Made by a program: the position numbers and the translations under genes
Assembly (NCBI RefSeq): GCF_030684315.1
Contig: NC_081377.1
Coordinates: 21,080,001-21,144,000, forward strand
Direction of reading: 5' to 3'
Length of the DNA stretch: 64,000 bases
Source: Stegostoma tigrinum
Lineage: Eukaryota
Notes under the pieces: model-generated
Databases searched by the model: none
What the model was told of the DNA's origin: nothing
Seen by the model: the letters and a program-made list of their open reading frames with translations, nothing else
Shown here: positions 39,981 through 51,792 of the stretch, in pieces
Layout of the letters: the number at the start of each line of letters is the position of its first letter
Numbering within the stretch: the stretch's first letter is position 1

Positions 39981-40777
39981 TCACTTTACATGACATCCTT
40001 GTTAAACACCATGTGGGGAAATATTTGGGGACCATACGATTTGGTTTTACTTTGGTGCCTCCATAATCAAGACAGTCTGCTGAGACATATAAATACGTAA
40101 AGAAAAGGAATTGTGGGCACTGTTGAAACCACAGTTTAATGTATTTAGGAAAGGGGAAAACTGGTATTGAAAAATCAAAATCAACAAGACTGAGGACTGC
40201 AAGGAGTAAATTTTTTCTACAAAACTAACCATTTAGCACTTGGCCAAGCCTTTTGAAAAGAGTGCGGTGTGTAGATATACCAGGAAATGGGATGAGAACT
40301 CTCAATCTCCAGAAGGTAACTCAATTATTTCCACATTTTTCTCCCATTGCATTCAATGAAAGCATTAAGATTGTCCAGATGCAGTAAAATGTTCCCCATC
40401 ATTATTCGAACAGGATGCTCAAGATAGAATACCTCAATAACCTTTAAAGTTTTTGAGAAGATTTGTAGCTTGGGTTGTGAATGAGGTTATAGATTTGCTT
40501 GCCGAGCCAGTGTGTTTGATTGCAGACATTTCATCATCCTGCTTGGTAACATTGCCAGTGAGCCTCCAGTGAAGCGTTGGTGTTCTGATGCCTTGTTTCG
40601 CTGGGATGGGTGACATCACTTCCATTTCTGTTTTTCAGTTGTTTGTACATCAGGCCAATGTAATGTTTCTCACAGTCCTTGTCTGAACAGGAGCACTTAT
40701 ACAGTGTTTTTAAAAGGAATGGATACCGCCCATAGGTGCTAGCGAGTTTTGAGAAGATTTGTAGCTCAGGTTGAGGT

Positions 40778-41069
40778 TCTGGATGTGAGTTTGCTCGCTG
40801 AGCTGGAAGGTTAGTTTTCAGACGTTTCGTCACCATTCTAGGTAACATCATCAGTGAGCCTCCGACGAAGCGCTGGTGTTATGTCCCGCTTTCTATTTAT
40901 CTGATTAGGTTTCCTTGACATCACCAACCCAAGGAAACCTAACCAGATAAATAGAAAGCCGGACATAACACCAGCGCTTCGTCGGAGGCTCACTGATGAT
41001 GTTACCTAGAATGGTGACAAAACGTCTGAAAACTAACCTTCCAGCTCAGCGAGCAAACTCACATCCAGA
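40778..41069. repeat. 292-bp palindrome (140-bp arms, 12-nt spacer, about 3 mismatches) made of a younger Penelope pLTR
   Basis: 40778-40917 is the reverse complement of 40930-41069. Confidence 0.92.
40821..40854 (-). ncRNA. Minimal hammerhead ribozyme motif (family B), intact
   Basis: tca-CTGATGA-T-GTTACC/TAGAAT/GGTGAC-GAAA-CG-TC-tga: 3-bp stem I, 6-bp stem II, full core. Confidence 0.7.
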
Positions 41070-41846
41070 GGAATGGATATCCAAAAAGCATAATTCGCCA
41101 TTATCTCCACCACAGAACACAAGATGACAAGACATGGCCAGGCACACTAGTCACCCTACCGTACATCAGAGACATATCAGAGATGACCACAGGACTATTC
41201 AGATCCCTAGGTATCAGGGTAGCCCACAAACCAACATCCGCCCTGCGACAGCTACTGGTGAACATAAAGGATCCCATACCCACAACCAATAAAACTAACG
41301 TGACCGAAAAAATACCACACAAGGACTGAGAGGAACATTACATTGGCAAAACTGGAAGATAACTGACAGTAAGGGGACATGTACACCAACTAGCCACCAA
41401 GAGACAAGACCAATTCTCACTGGTCACAATACACATGGACAAAGAATGACACAAATTCAACTGGGATAACATATCCATAACAGCACAAGCCAAGCAGAGA
41501 CATGCCAGGGAATTCCTGGAGCCATGGCATTCCAACTGGAACCCTATCATCGTACACATTGAAATGGACCTGATATACAAACCACTGAAAATCGGAACCA
41601 GAAATGATGCCAACCACCCCAGCAAAATAAGGCATATAAATAACAAGTAGGACAGAACACCAACACTTCACTGGAGGTGCACCGATGATGTTACCTAGCA
41701 GGATGACAAAATGTCTGCAATCAAACACACTGGCTCAGCACACAAATCTGGAGCCGCATTAATCTCTTAAATCTTTGCAATCTGTAAATTCTTATTAAGC
41801 TAGATGAGCTGGAATACTAAGTAACATAATAAGCCTTTATTCTTAC

Positions 41847-41990
41847 TTCATCTCTGGTGAGATCAACATTAGGTCTGTAGGTACGAGTTTCAAGTCTCGT
41901 GTGAGCCACCTTTAAAGGAGCAGCCTTTGCTCGAAGATCTGCTTCAAGACGTCGAATATCTTCATCAAGATCTGTGATGTCCTCCAAGAT
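41847..41990 (-). CDS. TEKT2: Tektin-2 coding exon 7 (144 nt)
   Basis: tcttag|...|gtaaga; ILEDITDLDEDIRRLEADLRAKAAPLKVAHTRLETRTYRPNVDLTRDE, includes the tektin signature (RPNVELCRD-like). Confidence 0.95.
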
Positions 41991-42871
41991 CTAAGAGACA
42001 ACAAAGATAATGTTACTGATAATGTTATTAAATTTAAAGTGCTTGAGTTCACAGAATCAAACTTTGAATCTGGCACTTCACAGATCATAAGCATATTTTT
42101 CCCTACATTGAAGAGCCAAGTTAAAAAGTCATATCCTTCATGTACTTCAATGCCAAGTATTGAGACAAGGTACAACTATACCAAAGATTCTCGAGGATCA
42201 CAACAAATTGGATAATTATTTCCTAAGTTCCATATTTAATGCAGGAGTCTGGACACCAGAAGTTGCTGTCTGGTGTTCTCACAAACGACAGTGAGTACTG
42301 ATAGTCTTAACCATTTACTCAGACTGCAAAATTCAATCCGATGTGATCAGTTTTGATTTCAACAGGGCAGACGGGGAAGAGAGAAATTTTGGATAACTAT
42401 TTTACAAAGAAATACAAAACAGTCTGAGGAAAAGCAAGGAATCTGAACACAGCAGCTTGCTCTGGTTAAACTGCTGGCATCGGTGTTGGTGTTGGTATGA
42501 TGGATTAAATAGTTTCAATCTCTGCTGCAAAAGTTATGATTTCACAAGAACTACAACACAACAGACGTTACACTGATTACATCACATTACATTTCCACTT
42601 TGCCTAAAGCTCAAAGTGCCAATCTTTGGGTTGTGTCCCGTATTCAACCAAGCAAGAATTCCTTTTGCTAATTTTTCTAATCAGCAACAAGAGGCTCAGC
42701 ATTGGTACAGGTTTCTGAACACAGCACTGTTACAGATCAATAAAATTATCTTTGATCACATAAGCATCAGTTTGTTATAAAATGCATTTTAATGAGTTAT
42801 ACTTGTTTTAAAATAGTCAAAATGCAAATAAGTATGGAAAACATGCATCTAAACGGAATGAGTTCCATTAC

Positions 42872-42979
42872 ATTTTTCTCCTGCCATTTCAATTCATTAA
42901 GCGCCTGTTCAAATTCATGGATTCTTTTCCTGAAGGCAAAATCAGTGGCAACGCGTTGTGCCTCTATTTCATTATCAGT
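42872..42979 (-). CDS. TEKT2: Tektin-2 coding exon 6 (108 nt)
   Basis: ttgcag|...|gtaatg; TDNEIEAQRVATDFAFRKRIHEFEQALNELKWQEKN. Confidence 0.95.
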
Positions 42980-45949
42980 CTGCAATGACAAAAGTAAGGT
43001 GACAATTTATAGGTAGCAATTTCAAAAGTTGTTTAACATCTACTAATTGTTTTCTCTTTCTGAAAGATCACCCTGACATTTACAATTCACCATTTGTCCT
43101 GCTTGGCAAATGTGTCACTCTCCTTGAAAAGACTGACCTACCCCCGCTGTGATGGAGTGTATTCTCACAATGGCATGACTAAGTTTGGTAACTAAGTGAA
43201 GGTTCATGGATATGCATCCACTTCTTATCACTTCATCACACAGCAAATTACCACATCAGTTCTCTGTATTAGCATGGGCCTTGTGGGATTTTTGTATTTT
43301 GTCAGAAATCAGCAAGACTAGACTAAAAATATTTTTTCTTCACTTTCTTCCTCCCTGTTCCTTTGTCCAGCACCAAGGTGTCTCTGCAACTTTCTCCAAA
43401 TGCTTGTGTGTTGAGTCAACAGCAGCTGAGTGTGGAAGAAATGCCTTAATCAATTCAATGATAAAACTTCCCTCTTTGAAAAAGCTCAGTTTGACACAAT
43501 GCCAGCTATGCAGCATAACTGGTCCTCAAGCTGGGGTTTATTCTGTCTGAGAATACAAGCTTTCAGATGGGGTAAAATGAAGACCTTAACAAAAATATTA
43601 TAAATATTTTAATAAAAAATTTTATTATCTTGGATTCTCCAGCATCTGCAGTTCCCATTATCACCTTAATAAAAATAGATTTGTTTACACAATGAATTAT
43701 CGTCACCATAGATAAGGAGTTCAATGGATTGGAATTGTGAACTGTACCCCACTCTGGATTTACATTTGTCTGTATGTTATTGTCCCCACCTGAAACCCAA
43801 ACACTGCAATATCTAATAGTGTGGGGTGTAGATTCAGTTGAGTAGGGGCTTTCACTGATTAGCTGTAAAGGGCACGAGCCCAGGATTTTTACTCATTCTT
43901 AGCTCAGGATCACTGGGGTCCATAAAAGTGCCTTCACTGCTATCATTGCTGAGATCAACACAGGCATGGGTGTAGCCTTGAGACACTTAACATCCTGTTA
44001 CCTCTGTCTCAAAGTAGACCAGGATTTACTGATCATCATTACATTCTATGGTTATCTCGTCCAGTGAACATAGTCTTCTTCACCTCCCCCTTTTCCCATA
44101 AAGATACAACCGTGCATTGTGGAATTTTTAATTTATGTTAACATTAATTTGAGGTTCTACTGACAATAAACGCTGAGTACATCAGAACTATTTTCAATGC
44201 TTCATTTTGGGGACTGTATTACCACAGGTATGCTATTCAGTTAGTTGTCTTTGACAATAGTAGGAACATTTTAAGCAAAACAAACAGAAGTTACTGGAGA
44301 AGCTCAGCAGATCTGGTAGCATCTGTGAAATAAAAATCAGAGTTAATGATTCGGGTCTGGTGACTCTTCCTCCGAACACTTTAAGCAAACTCTGGATTCA
44401 AGCCACATAAATGGGAAAAATCTGGGTCAAAGTAGTAGATTTTAAGGAGTGCTTTAATGGACTAAGACAGACATAACGATAAAGAGGTTTAGGAAGGGAA
44501 TTCCAAAGCTTAGGATCATGCTGCTGAATAAGTGATGGATCAATTAAAATCAGGGATATTCAGTAGGCTACAAGTGGACTATTGTAGGACTGGAGGAAAT
44601 AACAGTGATAATAAGTGAGGCCTTGGACTCATTTGAAAACTATTATGAGAGTTTTAAAATCGAGGAGTTGCTTAAGCACGACTAACGTAAGTCAGTAAGC
44701 AGAGTGGTTACAGACCAGTCCCTTGGGTACTTGGTGTGACTTAGCATATGGATTGCAGACTTACGCCTCTCGAGAACAGAACCTGGCAGACTGCCTAGGG
44801 ACGCATGGGATAGTCAAGTACAGAGGGGGATAAAGACATGGGCAGGTGATTCAGCAATAGGTAAGTTGAGATAGGAGTGGTATTTGGAACATAAAATGTT
44901 ACAAAAGTGGAAATAGGCATTCTTAACAACGTCCAGTAGTGTGGCCAGAAGTTCATCTTAGGTTCAAAATAGCATCATATTTGTGAAAAGACTTTTTCAA
45001 GCTTGCACAGTTACCAGAGAAAGGGAAGGAATGAGTGGCTACAGAACTTAGCGGAAGAAAATTTGCTCATCCAAAACTAGATGGCATCCGACAATTTAGA
45101 AATAGTGGACGGGATAAGAGAGACCATCATTTGGTAGTGATGAATGTCTTCAATGTACATGTGTAAACTTAAGCTATGTTTTCAGCAGAGCAATAATTTC
45201 AAATTATAGTGTTCCTTAGAAAGGCAACATCTCAAAAATTACATTGAAGCAAAGGGGGGAAAATCAGTGATTTGATGATGAGGTGAAGCACAAAGATTTT
45301 AAGGAAATTGTGCTAATCAAAAGGGAAATGATGAGCTCGAGACATTTTGTTTGGGGTAAGATCAAGGTTAGATTTGAACAAGCACACAATGAACTGTTAG
45401 GGTACAGCCAGTTATTGGCACCAGAAAAGTGAGGCCGCAATAATGAATCTTTTCTGCAGAAGAGGAATCCAGAAAGTCTGCTATGCTGTCCATGAGGAAT
45501 TTAAATTCTTCCCTCTGATCACACAATACTATAATCAACACCACAACCACTCTCTCCAATCCAGTTGAGACAGGTTGGAGACGAATCGTGGGAACAGTAA
45601 CATCTCAAAATGCCTGTATACTAAATAACTTCCCCTTTGATGCAAGGATTAATTCACAGTGACTATTTTATCTCCTAAATTTAGAACACTGTTTCCATTT
45701 CCTTCTTTGGCATTCTGTTATTTACATTAACAGCATTTAGCAAAGAAAATGATGGACAGGTCTGCACTGAGTGGATAAATACGGTAATTATGTCACAGTA
45801 AGTGTGAAATATCTGATTCTTGCATAATCTTTATTTAGAAGATGGGATTGTCACTTTCCTGGTCACTACATGTCACATTTGTATTGTTAAAACATTTGGA
45901 TCTTAAGTTGGGGACTCAAAACATCCTGGAAAAGCAGCCTTAATACCAA

Positions 45950-46945
45950 GATGACAAGGTGTAGAGCTGGATGAACACAGCAGGCCAAGCAGCATCAAAG
46001 GAGCACAAAAACTGACATTTCGGGCCTAAACCCTTCATCAGAAAAGGGTGGGGTGGGGGGGGAGGGTTGTGAAATAAACAGGGAGAAAGGCAGAGGCAGA
46101 TCGAAGATGGATAGAGAAGATAGGTGGAGAGGAGATGGACAAATTAAAAAGAGGCGGAGATGGAGCCAGTAAAGGTGAGTGTAGGTGGGGAGGTAGGGAG
46201 GGGATAGGTCAGTCTGGGGAGGACAGACAGGTCAAGGGGGCGGGATGAGGTTAGTAGGTAGGAAATGGGGGTGCAGCTTGAGGTGGGGGGAGGGGACAGG
46301 TGAGAGGAAGAACAGGTTAGGGAGGCGGGGACGAGTTGGACTGGTTTTGGGATGCAGTACGGTGAGGGGAGACTTTGAAGCTTGTGAAATTCACATTGAT
46401 ACCATTGGGCGCAGGGTTCCCATGCAAAATAAGAGTTGCTGTTCCTGCAACCTTCGGGTGGCATTGTTGTGGCACTGCAGGAGGCCCAGGATGGACATGT
46501 CGTCTAAAGAATGGGAGGGGGAGTTGAAATAATTCGCGACTGGGAGGTGCAGCTGTTTATTGCAAACCGAGCATAGGTGTTCTGCAAAGCGGTCCCCAAA
46601 CCTCTGCTTGGTTTTCCCAATGTAGAGGAGGCCACAACCGGTACAGCAGATGCAGTATACCACATTAGCAGATGTGCATGTGAACATCTGCTTGATATGG
46701 AAAGTATTCTTGGGGTCTGGGATAGGGGTGGGGGAGGAGGTATGGGGGCAGGTGTAGCACTTCCTGTGGTTGCAGAGGAAAGTGCCGTGTGTGATGGGGT
46801 TGGAGGGGCATGTGTGGACTAGATAAGGGAGTCACGGAGAGAGTGGTCCCTTCAGAAAGTGGGGACGGAAATATGTCTTTGGTGGTGTGGTCGGATTGTA
46901 GACGGCGGAAGTGTTGGAGCATGTTGCGTTGGATCCGGAGATTGA
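45950..46945 (-). mobile_element. Penelope-like element 3' part (Neptune-type): Cys-rich linker, GIY-YIG endonuclease, pLTR
   Basis: TFLCNHRKCYTCP then FTCTSANVVYCICCTGCGLLYIGKTKQRFGDRFAEHL; pLTR with hammerhead core at 46014-46041. Confidence 0.9.
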
Positions 46946-47086
46946 TGGCCCTAATACCTCATTTGTTTTACACCAGTTAAAATAGTGGGGAGCATGCATC
47001 ACAGACAGACATTCAAGGCATTCATTTCTACTTTTGTCATATCAAGTTTGAAAAACTGAAGGTATGAGACGTTTATTAAAACTTAC

Positions 47087-47201
47087 AGTTTTAATAGTGG
47101 CTGAAATTGCTTCACGGAGATTGGTTGAAGCTTTCATTTCTGCCTCTGCACGATCCTTGTTGTACCGACTGAACATATCCCATTGCTGTTTCGTGGTGGA
47201 T
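47087..47201 (-). CDS. TEKT2: Tektin-2 coding exon 5 (115 nt)
   Basis: gtgtag|...|gtaagt; (G)STTKQQWDMFSRYNKDRAEAEMKASTNLREAISATIKT. Confidence 0.95.
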
Positions 47202-47536
47202 CTACACGTTACAGGGAAAGAACAAAAAAATTTATCGATCATCTGTTCCTTCTCACATATTTATTTTTTTAAAAAAAACAGATCACATGAAACTTCTCTC
47301 TCAGGAGTGCCCGCGATAAGTCAGTGGACACATACATTGGTGCTCACAGTTTTACAGTCACAATGACAAGAACACCAAGATCAGAGACAGGTCCATGCTG
47401 AGTCAGTTATTCAACCGACAGAAGTTGAACTGCTACAATTGGGCCAGAATCAGGGTTCTCACATCTGAGTATTTGGTAACCCTGTCGGGAAAATACAGTC
47501 GTGAAATATTGAGTAAGAACAATATCAGATTGGTGG

Positions 47537-47724
47537 TAATAAGGTGTGGAGCTGGAGGAATACAGCAGTCCAGGCAGCATGAGAGGAGACGGCAAGCTGA
47601 CGTTTCGGGTCTGGACCCTTCTTCAGAAAATCTTCTGAAGAAGGGTCCAGACCCGAAGTATCAGCTTTCCTGCTCTTCTGATGCTGCCTGGCCTGCTGTA
47701 TTCCTCCAGCTCCACACCTTGTTA
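47537..47724. repeat. About 190-bp imperfect palindrome of two tail-to-tail family A pLTR fragments
   Basis: ...gacccttcttcagaa|aatc|ttctgaagaagggtc...; arms about 92 bp. Confidence 0.88.
47599..47626 (-). ncRNA. Minimal hammerhead ribozyme motif (family A), intact
   Basis: CTGAAGA-A-GGGT/CCAG/ACCC-GAAA-CG-TC. Confidence 0.65.
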
Positions 47725-47977
47725 TCTCAGACTCCAGGTTCAGTAGTTCCTACTATCTCTTGATCATTGGTGGTGATGTTCACAGAGAAATTACCTATTG
47801 ACCCATCACTGCATTTCGGCTGACAAACATGAAAATGCACACATGCAAAACATAACAAAGGATTTCCATTGCTCATTAAACTTTCCATATCACTCAAGCA
47901 GAGAGGGGACAAAACGTGGAGAAAATTTGATTAATCACTGAGTTGCAAAGGAACAGTTTTATGAAAACATTTCCTTT

Positions 47978-48615
47978 AGGGTGGTTAAGAAGGTGTTTCG
48001 CATGCTAGCCTTTATTGCTCAGTCCTTTGACTATAGGAGTTGGGACATCATGTTGGGGTTGTACAAGATGTTAGTGAGGCCTCTTTTGGAGTACTGTATT
48101 CAATCCTGGTTGCACTGTTATAGGATGAATATTATTAAGCTGGAGAGGATTCAGAAAAGATTTACCAGGATATTGCTGGGGATGGAGGGTTTAAGTTATA
48201 AGGAGAGGTTGGATAGGCTGGGACGTTTTCCACTGGCGTGCAGGAGATTGAAGGGTAACATTATAGAGGTTTATAAAATCATGAGGGTATAGAAAAGGTG
48301 AATGGCAGGTGTATTTTCCCTATGATGGGAGATTTCAAGATTGGGGGCATATTTTTAAGGTGAGAGGAGAAAGATTTAAAACATACAAGGGACAACTTTT
48401 TTTTAAACACAGAGAAGGTATGTGCGTGGAAAGAACTGCTAGAAGTAATGGTGGATGTGGGTTTGGTTATAAGATTCAAAATGCATTTGGGTAAGCACAT
48501 GAATAAGAAATGTTTAGAGGGATATGGACCAGGTGGAACTAGTTTAGTTTGGGATTATGGTTGGCAGGGACTAGTCGGACCAGAGGGTCTGTTTCTGTGC
48601 TGTATAACTTTATGA
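47978..48615 (+). mobile_element. CR1 LINE 3' portion
   Basis: LYKMLVRPLLEYCIQSW...LERIQKRFTRIL...LSYKERLDRLG. Confidence 0.9.
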
Positions 48616-48945
48616 GAGTAAGAAAGCAAGAACAAACATAAACCCAATGATTATATACATAAATCTTCAGTGGGTCAGTGGTTTGGTCAAGCAAATTCAG
48701 ATCTAGTACTGTCGTCCCAACTTCAATATCCCAGATAATACTGACTGAGGTGATTTCAACTCAGCAACACCTGTTCATAGAAAAGAGAAGCCACTTGGGT
48801 TTCTTGGCCAATGGCACCTATGGAACAGTATTCCAACATGAGTCAGCACTTTGGTCAAAAGAGTAGAGAGTGTAGAACTGAGTTTAAGCCATACAGAGTG
48901 CAAAGTTGAAAATGATCAGAGTTAAAATGTAAAAGTATTTCTTAC

Positions 48946-49089
48946 CCTGGAGGGATGCGTAATGGGTTTGGTTTGAACGAGATGTTTGGGGAATTATTGT
49001 TGAGTGACAAGGCAACTTCGTCAATTTTCAATGCTTCCTTTTTATTGCTGATATCAAAGACCAATTGCTGACGAGCTTCCATTAACAAA
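48946..49089 (-). CDS. TEKT2: Tektin-2 coding exon 4 (144 nt)
   Basis: tctttgaag|...|gtaaga; (C)LLMEARQQLVFDISNKKEALKIDEVALSLNNNSPNISFKPNPLRIPP(G). Confidence 0.93.
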
Positions 49090-49500
49090 CTTCAAAGAAA
49101 CAACAGTACATACTTCAAACAAGTTTTACATTGCACATTGTATAGCTTCCATCTGAGCAATCTGCTGTCAAAACACTTCATATTGTAAAGTAGAACATGT
49201 GGTGGATCTCAAGGTACTACATCATGGTTTGCAATACCCTCTAACTACACCATGTCAATCCTTCGTGTGCATGACTGTATGACTAACACCATTAGAAACA
49301 AAATGATTCAAAAAAACTTTAGATAATGCAACAATAAGTATAATATCTGACCAGAGGTTTAAATCCAGTAATGATAGGTGCAAGGATAGAGAAATCTAGC
49401 ATTGCAATATAGCAAGTTAAGAACAAAAAACAGAAATTGCTGGAGAAACTCAGCAAATCTGGCAGTATCTGTGGGGAGAAAGCAGAGTTAAAGTTTTAAT

Positions 49501-49831
49501 TTGGATTATCACTGGACTGTTAATCCAGAGACCCAAGTAATGTTCTCAGGACCTGGGTTCAAATCCCATAGCAGATGGAGAAATTTGAATTCAATAAAAA
49601 TCTGGAATTAAGAGTCTAATGACGAATCTACTGTTCATTGCCAGAAAAACCCATCTGGTTCACGAATTTTTTTTAGGGAAGGAAGCTGTCATCCTTACCT
49701 GATCTGGCCTACGTGTGACTCCAGACCCTCAGCCATTTGGTTGACTCTTAATTGCCCCCTGGGCAATTAGAGATGGGCAATAAATGCTGCCTGGCCACTG
49801 GCACCCTCATTCCGTGAATGAATAAAAAAAA
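49501..49831 (+). mobile_element. tRNA-derived SINE sharing its 3' tail with the LINE at 33345-34737
   Basis: B-box GGTTCAAATCC; tail gatgggcaataaatgctg...gaatgaataaaaaaaa; minus-strand copies at ~52001-52336, ~58690-59005, ~10910-11100. Confidence 0.75.
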
Positions 49832-51586
49832 ATTCAGATAATCTTCCGTCCTGACCTATTATCAATAATCCCCTTGTCTACCTACCACTTTCATTGCGCT
49901 CTCTCTCTCTCTCTTTGTGCTACGTCTCCCCCTGACTGGTCACCTCTCCCCCTACCCCCAACCTCACCTTCACCATAAATACCATTCTTTCCTTGCTGCT
50001 ATCAGTTCTGACAAAGAGTCACTGGACTCGAAACAGTAACTCTGCTTTCTCCCCACAAATGTTGCCAGACCTGGTGAGTTTTGCTAGCTATTTTCTGTTG
50101 TTGTTGAAGATCTCCAACGTCCACAGTTCTTTGTTTTATTGTAGCAAGTTCAATGTTGGGCTTTGACTGACAGATTCAGTTACTCATCACTGGGAATTGC
50201 CCAGACCACAAATGGTACTCTATCTTTTGATTAAGGAAGACTGGGAGCACCAGTGCAAGAGGTACACCAGTTTTTAAACCAAATGCTTACATTGAATAAT
50301 TTGAAAGCAAAACACTGCAGATGTTGGAAACCTGAAATCTGAACAAAGAAAACAACTAAAAGACTCAGTAGGTCAGGTAGCATTTGTGCAGAGAAACAGA
50401 GTTAACGTTTCAGGTCAATGACATTTCAGAGCTGTTGGGTCAAACGATCATCAGGTCCACCAGTTGAAGGTGAAAAATCATAGAGGTGAGACAGCAGTTC
50501 AAAACAGTCAAATGGAATGAAATGTTTTAGGTGTGTGTTTATGTATGTAAGGCAGGATGTGTACATCTTATCTGGGTCAATTTAATAAACTCATGTACAC
50601 TGCACTGGAGACAACACAAGATAATGGACTTCAATTAAAAGGAAAGTTCCAGGGAGTAGGACCCAGGCAGCTGAATGCTTCATTACCAATGATGGAATAC
50701 AGGGAGAAAAGATATTAGGGCATCTTTTACAATGAATTATATCCTCATCTCTGGCAAAACACTACCATATATTGTTTGGTCAGTTCATGGATTTGATTCT
50801 CTTAGGAATGGATATGAAAAATATTTATGTAATGTTTTTAATCTAGTAAAATTTTCACGCTGAGAGAGATACGAACAGACAGCAAACATTCACAAAGAAA
50901 TTAAGGGTAGTGGCTAAACACCAGTTCAAAAGTTAGGCTTTAAAGGATGCTTTTGTAGTCGAGTATGAAGACAGACAGGTTTTGGAAGAGAGTTGCATGA
51001 TGTAAGATCCAGAAAGTTAATTCCTTGGTCACTGATATTGGAATAAATGTAAGGAGATGGAAAAGAAGTCAAAGTTATAAAGACACATGCTGATACTTTG
51101 GGATGGATGGATTGCAGCAGCTGGGTGAAGTTACAGAGATTATCCCAATATTTCAACTCAATTAGTTGAAGTGGGAGAATCAATTGTATTTGGTGAGAAC
51201 AGAGATGATAGTTCATTGAAACTGAGAACGGGCAAGATGTGGGTGGCAGAATTTTGGGAAAGTTGAAATTCACACACAGAAAAGTGAACAAGGTTACAGA
51301 AGAATATGGGCCTAGATGGGTAACATTTGTATAAGCCAAGATACAAAATCTAGCTACTTCTGCAAGAGAGTAGACGGGCAAGTTTAAAAAAAGGGGAAAG
51401 CAAAATTAAATCTAAGAGGAACTGGCTAGGAACAGGCGTTCTGCATGAAAATGGTATACAACATTTCTTTAGGCAGTTGATTTGAATAATTTATTATGAT
51501 ACTGACAGTGTTGGTATAAATAAGAGAAGACAGGTCACTAATAATCCAAAATACTTGGGAAATAGTGCACAAACAGCTGCACGTAC

Positions 51587-51792
51587 CAAAGTTGTTCAAA
51601 GGCCTCAGTGATTTTCTGCTGAAGCGCCTTCTTTGAGCCTTCGATCACCTCGGCCTCCTTAAGAAGCTGTTCATGCACTTGGTCCGTCACAAGATCAATG
51701 TCCTGCCGACCTTCCCGTAAAGTCAGATTTTCAATGACAACATCCAGATTTAGATTCTTGGCTTCTAAAGCACGTTCTGCTTCCTCCTTACT
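51587..51792 (-). CDS. TEKT2: Tektin-2 coding exon 3 (206 nt)
   Basis: ttttcaag|...|gtacgt; SKEEAERALEAKNLNLDVVIENLTLREGRQDIDLVTDQVHEQLLKEAEVIEGSKKALQQKITEAFEQL(C). Confidence 0.95.

Larger units (their letters stand above)
40450..41750 (+). mobile_element. Truncated Penelope (Poseidon-type) element with GIY-YIG remnant and inverted 5' pLTR
   Basis: EQEHLYSVFKRNGY|PKSII...TLPYIRDISEMT...VAHKPT...HYIGKTGR...HKFNWDN...REFLE; outer inverted repeats ~40490-40587 and ~41652-41748. Confidence 0.85.

Noticed and set aside
50926-51381. 151-aa minus-strand ORF in a TEKT2 intron
   Set aside because: Non-ATG start, no recognisable domain, lies in decayed repeat-like sequence; TEKT2 CDS is complete without it
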